The notes beneath the pieces are model-generated. The model had not been told where the DNA came from, searched no databases, and saw nothing but the letters and a program-made list of their open reading frames with translations. A stretch of DNA of 64,000 bases, taken from positions 514,112 to 578,111 of the forward strand of contig JAPMXV010000051.1 in the NCBI GenBank assembly GCA_026936335.1. The letters are read 5' to 3'. Position numbers and translations under genes: made by a program. Each line of letters opens with the position of its first letter. Position 1 is the stretch's first letter. This DNA comes from Mantamonas sphyraenae STR306. Lineage: Eukaryota; Protista; CRuMs. Of this stretch, positions 9,306-18,833 are shown piece after piece.

Positions 9306-10722
9306 TCAATCGTCCTTTTTGTGCCCAGCGGTGGTAGTGGTGGTGTTGGACAGCGTGGGACCGAGTGTAAGAAAGTCGCTTTCGCCACCGGTGCCAAGGT
9401 TGGTGCCTGTCCAGCGGCTGCCTGGGCCTGTGGAGTCAAGTGCGTCGTCGTCGTCCGAGTCGCCCTGCTCGTCGCGTCTGCGGCTGCTGCTCATGTCGAC
9501 CATCTCGAAGCGTTTGTCTGCAAGGCCACCGACAAACTCGTCGTCGTCGTCGTCAAAGAGGCTGTCGCTGGGATCCTGGTTGTCCAGCAAGCTGGTGCTG
9601 TCGCGTGTCTGCTTGCGTCGGTTGTGCACGTTCTGACCGCCTCCAAATGCAATGAATTCTGTGTCTTCGCTTTCCTCTTCCTCGGGCAGCGTGGCGTATC
9701 GGTTGCCTGCTGCCTGGTTGTCGTTGTTGCTGCTGAAAATGGCCGCAAGTTCGTTGAACTTCTTCTTGGCCGACTCACTCATGTTGTTCAGCTTGCGCTT
9801 AAAGTCGCTCATACCGTCGTCGTCGTCGTCAATGTTGCCCAATCCCTGTTGCTGTTGCTGTTGCTGTTGTTGATGCTGCTGTGCGTGGCGTGCGTTGCCA
9901 AACCCTTGCTGTTGCGGGGCGTATGCCTGCACGGTGCCCTGGTCCAGCATGGAGGTAAAGTCTTCGTTTGTCATGAGCTCGTTGAGGAAGCCCTGGTCCT
10001 GGAGCATGCGTGCCAATCGCTCGTCCTCTTCGATCTGCCGGCGCGTTTCGTCGTCGTAGAAGGCTCCGGAAGGAGTCATATCCGAGCCAGCCTGTGTGCA
10101 AATCGCGCCCCCGGTGTGTGAGTGAGCAGAGATTGTGGCAATGACGGCGTCCTCTGCGCCCTGTGTGCAGCTGCGCACCTGTGGAACGAGAGGCAGCGAG
10201 AGGCGGCGGAAACGAACGAAGGGAACCGGCTTCGCAAACGCACCAGGCCACCGAAGGAGAGAAAGTCGTCTGGCAGGCCATATTCACTTTCTGTGAGGGT
10301 ATGTTCAGGGGCACATGAACACACACAAATGACACGCGAGTCAGCATGCGGACACAGAGTGTGAGAAGGAATGCAGATGGCCGGTGTACGGCGAGCCGGA
10401 GATGTCCGGCCGGGCAATTTTTGTGCTCATTTCCGCAGGTGGCAGGGGCCTTTTGCGACTTACGAGCAACTCCAGAAGTGTTTGATGTGAGGTCGGACGG
10501 GTATCCAGCAGCTGCGGGCACCGTGTACTCCATACTGCCGGTGTTGTCGGCAGTGTCCAGCCCTCCAGATACACCAGCGTCCGTTTGCATCGCCAGCAGG
10601 GTGTCGATGGTGTTTTCCATGTGGTAGTTGTTGCTTTCCAACACATACTTGAGCACTTCGTCGTCCATTTCATTGAACATGGCCCTCAGTGTGGCCATTG
10701 CATCGTTGAAAGAGATTGCCAT
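9306..10722 (-). CDS. CUE-domain ubiquitin-binding protein (CUEDC1-like), multi-exon
   Basis: N-terminal MAISFNDAMATLRAMFNEMDDEVLKYVLESNNYHMENTIDTLLAM is a CUE domain; downstream QIEEDERLARMLQDQGFLNEL. Confidence 0.75.
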
Positions 10723-10777
10723 CGTTGCCTTGGCCTCCCGTTCGCAGAACAGCGTCACCACTGCAAACCTCACCGCT

Positions 10778-13602
10778 TCACACCACCTGCGCGCAACTTG
10801 CCGCTCTTTGCCGATCCTTTGCGCTTGCTTCTGCCCTTTGGCTTGCCCGTGCGCCCTTGGTTCTTTGTAGTGTTGTGGTTGTCAGTGCCGACTTTGACGT
10901 CTTCCAGCCCTTGGATCCCAAAGCTCGGGCAAGTCCACGAGCAGATATGTCGTCCTTGTCCTCTGCGTCGTCAAGTTGGTCATCTTCATCTTCTTCTTGG
11001 TCATCTTTCTCCTCAATGAACGCCTCATGAGTCATCGACGATCCCATTCGCTCGCTCTCGCTTGCTGAACCGTCTGGAGCATCGTCGTCGTCATCGTCAT
11101 CATCAACGTCCTCTTCATCGTCGTATTCCTCATCGTCGTCGTCGCTGTCATCAGTCGTGCCTGTGGAAGGAACAATCATGCCATTGACCACATTCCAGGG
11201 CTGAGGGTGCACGCTTCCATCGTCGTCTTCATCGTCCTCATCGTCCTCATCGTCGCTGTCGCTGTGTTGCTGCAGATCCTCCAACGCAGTGAGATCCATT
11301 TCCATCCGCCTTGTCCCCAGGCGCTTCAACAGAGCATCCACATCCAAATCATCGCTTTCGTCTGTGACGCTATGCAATCTGCTCTCTGGGCTGGTCTGTT
11401 TCACACGTACGCGGCGCTGCTTTGGGCGTGAGGATTCGATGGCAGATCGTCGCTGGTTGACACCCTCACCACGACGATCGTCGTTGTCGTCGGTATCATC
11501 GTCGTCCTCATTGTCGTCCGCATCCTGCTCATTCTGGTGGAATGATGTCCGTGATGAGGGTGTGTGACTCTGCAGTGGCTGTTTGCGCGTGAGAAACTTG
11601 CTCATGATGTCGTTGGCCAGGAGATCCGGCGGACTGGAGGCGGCGTCGCTGGCAAACGCCATCGAGACATCCACCATGCGGGAGACATTGGCTTGAACGC
11701 CGTCGCAGCGTTGAATGTGACCAGTGATGTCTCCAGAGGTGTCTGGATGGCACATGGAGCACACGACATCGACAAAGTGCTCCACGCCTGCGGCAATGTC
11801 GTCCTCCTCCAGTCGCTTGGCGTCCCGGTCCCACAGCGATGGCCCAGGTGTGACCATGTTGACGCGAACGGCGCTTGAGAGCAGTTTGTCGCATTGGTGC
11901 TGGAACAGAGTGTGCAAGCTCGACGCTAGAAGGGCGGCTGTCAGACACGAGTCTACGGCGGGCGAGTCCTCGTTGACAAAGAGCACACATCCAGAGCGCA
12001 GGTGGGAATGCAGCTGTGCATGCAATTCCATCACATGATCCAAAGGATCGGTGACCCTGCTGCGCCACGTGTCTGTGTCCAGCGCATGGGACATGTCATC
12101 CTGCACGTCACTCCACACGCCCAGATCGGTGACATTGTGCACCAGTACGTCCACCTTGTCTCCAACAAACTGTTTCAACTCGCTCCAGTCCATTTGGCTC
12201 CAGTCGGCCACAACCAACACCTGTGGGTTGGCCCTGAACATGTGGAACAGCCTGGTGACTGCGCCGAGGCTGCCAAACCCGCGGAACTCGCGCGTGCCAC
12301 ACAGAAGCACCACACGCGACCCCTGGTCCACCCAAGATCGAGCCAACTGAACACCCAATGCGTTGTCCGCTCCGTGGATGACCACACTCAGCGGTTCGCG
12401 CCTGGATCGTGCGCTGGATGGTTTCCGACGCACGCTCCCGCCCAGCAGCGTCAGCTCATCCGAGTCCAAGTCACCCAGGTCCACGAAATCACTCAACATG
12501 CTTCTGCTCATTGATTGCCTGCTGTTTGTCTGTGTGCCCGCCTGCTGCGGATACCGCACGGCCCTTCGCTGCGCAGCCAATCTGCTCTGCAGCGCCATCC
12601 CCAGCTGGGAATGGCGTTGTGACGAGGATGTGCTGTGAGCTCCGTCGGCACGATTGTTGGTGTGGTTGCTGCTGCTGCTGCTGCTACTGTTGTTGTCCAC
12701 GTATTCACTGTGGCTGAATTGTGCTGCGTCAACCTCGACGTCGTCGTCGTCGCGGCGGCTTGGCGCAAACCGCACACCAGACCGAGCTGCTGCGGGAGTC
12801 GATGTGCTGGCCCTCCATGCATTGCGTTGCAGCGGCGATTCTGCATTTTCCTCACCAAAGATGTCTTCCTGGAGCAGAGAGACGTCAAAGGCGTCGAGAG
12901 AGGTCGTTGTCTTTCCTTGTTTCACGGCAGCCACGTAGGACCTGCGATACTCCATTCCCTCACCTGCACAGAGTGTGTCATGGGCCGCGTCAGCCGAGGC
13001 AGCCAATGGGAGGCCGGTTCGGCAGAGAAAGCGTGTGTTCTGTTCGTCGCCTTACCTGTACACATATCGCGCACTTCCCGCCAGCGCGCTGGAGTCACCT
13101 TGCTGTTTTCACTTATGTCCACCACCACGGTGCCGTTGTGCTGCAACACCTCCTGCAGCCGCTGGGCACTGATGTCCGAAATACCTGTGTGGCGCACGTA
13201 CAACTGCTCCAAAGTCTGGTTGCCGCGTAACGTTGCTGCCAGCGTGTCAAAGCCCACGTCGCCCAGGTTGTTTTCAGACAGGCTGAGGATGCGCAGTGTT
13301 TGGTTATTGCGCAGCATTTGCGCCACGCCACGCATGCCTTTGTCTGTGATGGCGTTGTCCTGCACGTTGAGCGTCTCACAAAACGCGTTGTCCGCCAAGG
13401 CGTCACAGAGAGCAGCCAGGCCCCGGTTGCCAATGTTGTTGCGTGCCAATAGCATGGATGTGACGGTAAAGTTGTTGCGCATAGCTTCAGCCAACGCCTC
13501 AGCCTCAGGGTCGCCCAGATTCTGGCCAACCAGATCCACCTTGGTCATGAAAGACTCGTTTGCGCGGATCCACGCACAGACGTCATCCACAAGAGGATCC
13601 AT
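10778..13602 (-). CDS. Leucine-rich-repeat (RI-like) protein fused to a degenerate short-chain dehydrogenase/reductase-like domain and an acidic tail
   Basis: 28-aa LRRs (LARNNIGNRGLAALCDAL, LSENNLGDVGFDTLAATL). The intron ~13055-12964 (GTAAGG...GCTGAC...GCAG) joins in frame to the 742-aa ORF carrying VVIHGADNALG, VDVLVHNV, VRVNMVTPG and ITGHIQRCDG. Confidence 0.7.
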
Positions 13603-13687
13603 GACAAAGAGTTGTTGTGGCCAGGGTGGAGCTTGGCCTGCAGATGGAAACGGAGTTTGACTTGGCTGCGTCGGCGACTCCAGGCCA

Positions 13688-15034
13688 ATGCGATTTCTTG
13701 CTGAAGGAGGCAACACTGTTGTATTTGAATTGGACAGGGAGGATGCGGTGGTTTTCACGGGAAGGGATACAGGAGTGGGAGCACAGGTGTTGCGGCTGCT
13801 CAAGGCCACCAGCAAACTGGACGACGACCAGGTGGCGCTGCAGCTGCAATTTCAGAGGCTAGTGTACGAGGAACACGTGGGTGCATGGCTGCCAGCATGC
13901 ACTGTGGTACCCGTGAGAAAAGAGATTGTGGAACAGGCTCGGGCGGCGCTGGAAGAGGCAGAGGAGTTGCGCAAGGACAAATGGCGGGGGATGGGGCTTG
14001 CCGAGGACATCCAACACGGCGTACTGATGCCCAACTGCACATTGGACGCGGGTCACAGCAAGAGTGTGTGCGTGGAAATCAAACCCAAGTGGGGGCGGAT
14101 CAACACGTGGTTGGGTACACAGCCGTCAAGCTCCCACATCAAGGGCCATGTGAGCAGATACTGCATGCAACAGCATCACAAGCTGCAGAAAGGTGCCATT
14201 GAGCGTGTCTCTGAGTATTGTCCGCTGGATCTGTATGCTGGTAGGGCATCGGATGCGCTGTTGGCACTGCTGGAGAATCCGCAAAACAACCTGGCTGTGT
14301 TTGTGGATGGAAGGCCCAGCTCAGTGGAATCGTTGTTTGCGCTGTGCCAAGAGGCAAGCGATGGAAGCACAGGCGCGGCTGAGTTGGTAGCGCAGGTGGT
14401 GGGTGACTTGGTGCCCACCAGCCTCCTTTCTGGTCTTCTCACGCTGCAATCGCAGGATTTTGTGGACATCCAGTGCGTGTACCTCGCTTACGAGTATGTA
14501 AAAGAGCATTTGAAGGAGGTGGAGGGGGTGTTGGGGACGCCGGTGACGAGCATGCAGGATTTGGAGACGGTGTTGCTGCTGGACGACACCGCCGGACCGT
14601 GGAGCTTGTTCAACGACCTGGAAGCGGACACAGGGGTGCCGTTGTGGAGGGACATAGATTCATTGGACGTGCTGGAATGCAATTGCAAGGATGTTGGCCG
14701 GTTGATGGACATGGGACTGGAGTGGGATGCAAGGCCGCAGGAGGAATGGATGGCGGCGTGCGTGGAGTGGGTGGAGGAGCAATTGGGCCTGAAGGGCTGC
14801 TTGTGTGTATTGCGTGGATTCCTTGTGGCCACGTCAGCGAAAGATGTGTCGCTGATGGTGTGTTTTGACGCAGGCGACTTGGGCGTGAGCGACCCGAGCT
14901 CCAGCGCGCATGTGCATGTGGTCGATGTGCAACCAAAGTCGTTTCGCAAGTTTGACGCATACCAAAGCATGGACGTGGCCATTGTGGACGCGTTCCATCA
15001 GCGCAGCAAGGCCCAATGGGAAGCAAAGAGGTGA
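13688..15034 (+). CDS. IPPK: Inositol-pentakisphosphate 2-kinase
   Basis: Motifs AEGGNTVVF, VEIKPKWG, SRYCMQQ, YCPLDLY, NPQNNL, SAKDVSLMV, VVDVQPK. Confidence 0.88.
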   Translation: MRFLAEGGNTVVFELDREDAVVFTGRDTGVGAQVLRLLKATSKLDDDQVALQLQFQRLVYEEHVGAWLPACTVVPVRKEIVEQARAALEEAEELRKDKWRGMGLAEDIQHGVLMPNCTLDAGHSKSVCVEIKPKWGRINTWLGTQPSSSHIKGHVSRYCMQQHHKLQKGAIERVSEYCPLDLYAGRASDALLALLENPQNNLAVFVDGRPSSVESLFALCQEASDGSTGAAELVAQVVGDLVPTSLLSGLLTLQSQDFVDIQCVYLAYEYVKEHLKEVEGVLGTPVTSMQDLETVLLLDDTAGPWSLFNDLEADTGVPLWRDIDSLDVLECNCKDVGRLMDMGLEWDARPQEEWMAACVEWVEEQLGLKGCLCVLRGFLVATSAKDVSLMVCFDAGDLGVSDPSSSAHVHVVDVQPKSFRKFDAYQSMDVAIVDAFHQRSKAQWEAKR

Positions 15035-17370
15035 AGGAGAAAGTGAAGTACAGATGGGATGACGAGGCGCAGAGCACACGAAGCTGGCGGGAGTCGCTGC
15101 AGAGCTGTCTCGAGGATGCCGGCGAGGAGGGCGCCACCGCAACACAACGTGGCCAGAGAGTACACGTAGTGAAGGAGGCGGAGGAGGCGGAGGCCACCGA
15201 CGATGGCAAAGTCCCACGGTGAGTAGAAACCAAAGAGGAGGGCAAGGAGGGAGATAAGAAAGGCCAATCGGGCCCAATTAGCAGTTCGCATGAGGGAGAC
15301 CCCTGTGGAAATGCGCTCTGCGGTGGAGTGTGGCCCAAACAAGTCGACAAGGAGGAGGGCGAGCAGGAGGAGGATGAAAAGGGCAAAGGTGGCAGAAACC
15401 CCAGGCAGGGTTTCGTGCCAAGGCACCTGTCCATTGGCCATTTGTTGGCCAGATATGTACATGCGAACAGATGTGCGGTGGGAGGAGTCCAGGCCCAAAG
15501 TTTGCAGGAGGCGCAGCCAGATAGAGGGACGCGGGAGCCAGGTGTCGTTGGCGTGGTCGAGGTCAATGACACGAAAGACGACACGGACGGGGCTTACAGA
15601 GGCAGGGACATCGGGAGCGGGCACCTCTTGGAAGAGGTGTGTTGCGATGCCGCCGGCCGGAGACGACGAGGTGGTGCTTACGGCCTGGAAGGAGAGGCAA
15701 CGGTGTGGCTGAGAACCATTGTGAGATGGAAGCCATCGCTGAGCGTCGACAAAAGGCAGGTCATGAGCAAGCGGCCCACGACACAGCGAGAGGCGACGGG
15801 TGCGGGTGTGGACGACGACATGCCAGGGGCGTACGGCCTTTGCGAGTCGGCTTATGCTGTTGGATGTGTAGCGGGAGGCGTGGTAGGTGCCTTGGAGAGG
15901 GGTGTAGCGTGTGGCAAAGCTGCGTTGCGTTGGAGGCGGAGAGTGTGCGCCCTTGATTGGCTTGTCCTGGGAGCCTTGGGGCAGGAAGGTGTGGAGAATG
16001 CGGTTGGCAATGTGCATGAGGACAGGGCCTTGTTCAGCGTTGCATGTGAGGACCATGCCGAAGCGTTGTTTGGGAACAAAAGCAATGAAGGAGGAAAAGC
16101 CCTTGACAAGGCCAGCGTGGTTGAGGACACGGTGGCCATGGGCGTGGGTCTCTGCAAAGCCAATGGACATGCCGTCGATGTGTTTGTGGTGTGAAAATGC
16201 GCGTCGGTGCATGAGGGGATAGGTGGCCTTGTTGGCAAAGAGAGTAAGACCCGCATTGAGATGGTCGAGGAGGAAGCGCTCAAGATCGGCGACTGTGGCA
16301 ATGAGACCTCCTGCAGCAGGCATGTTGACGTAGTCGAGGGGCTGTGGCTGCGGAGGCGAGGTCGGCGAGAAGGAGGAGTGACCTCGAGCGACACACACGG
16401 TGGTGTTGTCGGGAGCTGTAGCACAGGGAGTATAGGAAGGTGTGGTCGTGTTTGCTTGGAAGAAAGAATGGGCGGCGTGGAGGGGGTTGAGGATGTGTGT
16501 GTGGACGTAGGCCTGGAAAGAGAGGCCACTGACGCGTTCAACGACGTAGCCGGCGAGGGCGTAGGCGTAGTTGGAGTAGGACATTTCTGCGCCCGGGGTA
16601 CGGACAATTGAAGGTGGATTAAACAGATGGAGGAGATGTGTGTGGTTGGCGGCAGCGAGGGAGTGGTTTGCAGCGGGAGCAAACAGGGCGTGAAGCTGCT
16701 CGTCAAAGCCTGCAGAGTGGGTGAGAAGGTGGCGCAGACGCAGGTCAGGAGGGAGGAGGTTGCGGAGCGGAGGCGGCACGAGAGAGGCAACAGAGTTGGA
16801 AAGAGAGAGTGAGCCACTCTCGACGAGCTGCATGACCGCAGTGGCCGCATAGAGCTTGGAGAGAGAGGCGACGGGGGTTTGGGTGAAATGCGGGTCGTAG
16901 GCGACTGGAGGATGGGAGTTTGCAACGCCGAATCCTCGACGAAGCAAAACTTTGTTGGCATGAAGCACAGAGACAGCGAGGCCTGGAATGTGGTGCTCGG
17001 TGTGGACGCGGTTGATGAAGGAAACGAGACGTGAAGTTGGCGAGCCGGCACGCGTCGGGGCAGGAGTGGAGATTGGGGTGGGAGTGGGAGTGGGAGTGGG
17101 AGATGCACTGTGGGAGGGTGTCGCAGAGGGGGTAGGAGGTGACGGAGTAGGCGACGGCGGGCTGGGGCGGGTTGCAAAGTGGCTCTCGTCAAAGTGGAAC
17201 TGGGAGGCCGCGGCAGCTCGCTGGGCAGCCACTTCGTGTTCGGAGAAGAGGTATGGCCGTGGCGAGGGAGTGTGTCTGCGTGTGTGGCGAAACGCAGCCG
17301 CTGTGTGGGAGTCTGTGCAGAGCAGGAGGAGGAATAGGAGGAGAAGCAGTTGCCGGGTCCTGGTTCTCAT
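14998..17370 (-). CDS. Serine beta-lactamase/penicillin-binding-like hydrolase with signal peptide and C-terminal transmembrane segments
   Basis: SxxK (ASLSK), LLTHSAGF, YSNY, HAG motifs; hydrophobic N-terminal signal; intronless 790-aa ORF. Confidence 0.85.
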   Translation of the reverse strand: MRTRTRQLLLLLFLLLLCTDSHTAAAFRHTRRHTPSPRPYLFSEHEVAAQRAAAASQFHFDESHFATRPSPPSPTPSPPTPSATPSHSASPTPTPTPTPISTPAPTRAGSPTSRLVSFINRVHTEHHIPGLAVSVLHANKVLLRRGFGVANSHPPVAYDPHFTQTPVASLSKLYAATAVMQLVESGSLSLSNSVASLVPPPLRNLLPPDLRLRHLLTHSAGFDEQLHALFAPAANHSLAAANHTHLLHLFNPPSIVRTPGAEMSYSNYAYALAGYVVERVSGLSFQAYVHTHILNPLHAAHSFFQANTTTPSYTPCATAPDNTTVCVARGHSSFSPTSPPQPQPLDYVNMPAAGGLIATVADLERFLLDHLNAGLTLFANKATYPLMHRRAFSHHKHIDGMSIGFAETHAHGHRVLNHAGLVKGFSSFIAFVPKQRFGMVLTCNAEQGPVLMHIANRILHTFLPQGSQDKPIKGAHSPPPTQRSFATRYTPLQGTYHASRYTSNSISRLAKAVRPWHVVVHTRTRRLSLCRGPLAHDLPFVDAQRWLPSHNGSQPHRCLSFQAVSTTSSSPAGGIATHLFQEVPAPDVPASVSPVRVVFRVIDLDHANDTWLPRPSIWLRLLQTLGLDSSHRTSVRMYISGQQMANGQVPWHETLPGVSATFALFILLLLALLLVDLFGPHSTAERISTGVSLMRTANWARLAFLISLLALLFGFYSPWDFAIVGGLRLLRLLHYVYSLATLCCGGALLAGILETALQRLPPASCALRLVIPSVLHFLLHLFASHWALLR

Positions 17371-17556
17371 TCTGCTGGATGATTGGTTGGATAGGGGGGC
17401 GGAGGGTCAGGGAGCGGAAGCAATGAGAAAGTATGGTTGGGATGGGACAGAGTGGGTGCCATTGGTGGTTAGGTGGCTTCTTGGGTGGCACCGTTGCGTG
17501 AGGCGCGGCTGGCGCCGGCGGCGGGACCAAGGAATCGAGGACAGGAGAAGCGGACG

Positions 17557-18032
17557 ATGGAGCAGTTGGCAGAGTGGGCCGGATCAACAATGAAGGTGAC
17601 GGCGACGGATGGGAGGACGTTCCAAGGGGTGTTCCTGTGCGTGGACGACCAGATGAACATTGTGTTGGACAATGCAGTCGAGCACAAGCCTCTGGCAAAG
17701 GACGTGGACCTGAGCTGGCAGGCACTGTGGCAAGGAGCAGAGTTGGATGGGTATGAGGCACCCGTGGTGGATCGCAGTGAGTCTCAGGAGGACCAGGATG
17801 AGAAGAGCGAATGTGAGTTTGCGGAGAGGGAAAGGAAGCCGTGCAGATGGGGTGGAGATCACTGACACATTTGGATTGTGCAGTTCTGAAGCGCAGGGTG
17901 GGTGCTGTGATTGTGCCAGGCAAGCACGTTGTAAAGGTGGAACGAGAGGAGAGGGGCGAGGCTCAAGACGAGGATGAGGGCGAACACGAGGAGCATGAGG
18001 GTGCAGGCGAGGACGAAGAGGAAGATGGATAG
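17557..18032 (+). CDS. Sm/LSM-domain protein, NatC auxiliary subunit NAA38/LSMD1-like; one intron (~17813-17883)
   Basis: Sm1 motif KVTATDGRTFQGVFLCVDDQMNIVL and Sm2 motif RRVGAVIVPGKHVVKVE. Confidence 0.7.
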
Positions 18033-18065
18033 AATGGACGCATTGGTTGATTTTGTGTGTGCAAG

Positions 18066-18689
18066 TCAAGCCGTCAGCCACAGCATGACGGAATCGTCGC
18101 CGTCGGACTCCTCAAACTCTTGGTAGAGGTCTGTGTCGATTGAAGCCCAAGGCGCGGCCTCCTTGGCGACGGCAACGACATCATCGACGTTCCACACGTA
18201 GCTGAACATGCCGTTGTGGTCCTCCTCGTAGCTTTCGTTGCTGGTGGACCAAAGCGCGACGCAGGCCACTCCGCCGTTGTTCAGGCGGGTGTGGATCTGC
18301 TTCAGGGCGGATGTGAAGTCATCTCGGCTCAAGTGGTGGAGCACTTTGTGTGCGAGCACTGCGTCAAAGGTGCCCAGGTCCTCGGGGATGGCCGTGGCGT
18401 CGACAAGCCGGAGTGACGTCATCGCCTGCGCTGCTTCCGGATGGTTCGTCTTGAACGCATCCACAAACTCCTGGACCACATCGGTGCCAACCACACTGAA
18501 GCCTGCCTCCAGCAGTGCCAGTGAATCTGTGCCAGGACCCATGCCGAGCTCGAGAACACTTCCGCCTTTCTTGACGCGCAGCACAAAGGGCTCAAGATGG
18601 CCTTTGGACTTCATGTCGTACCCCTGTGCCATCTCTGTGTACTGTTCCACATTCTTTGCGTAAAAATCCAAGGTGGGTTGCGATGTCAT
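18066..18689 (-). CDS. Class I SAM-dependent methyltransferase
   Basis: TLDFYAKN, motif I VLELGMGPG, FDAVLAHKVLHH, LNNGG; intronless. Confidence 0.8.
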   Translation of the reverse strand: MTSQPTLDFYAKNVEQYTEMAQGYDMKSKGHLEPFVLRVKKGGSVLELGMGPGTDSLALLEAGFSVVGTDVVQEFVDAFKTNHPEAAQAMTSLRLVDATAIPEDLGTFDAVLAHKVLHHLSRDDFTSALKQIHTRLNNGGVACVALWSTSNESYEEDHNGMFSYVWNVDDVVAVAKEAAPWASIDTDLYQEFEESDGDDSVMLWLTA

Positions 18690-18833
18690 TGGTCCAAGCG
18701 ATGGACTTTTACTTTTGCGCCGGCAGCGCGGGTCTCGTTCGTGCGGCATCTCCTCCACTGCCGTTGCCACCCACTGACACGGTTCGCAACCGCGTCCACG
18801 AGCCACCATGGAATGTGTCCAAGAGCCCAGTCC

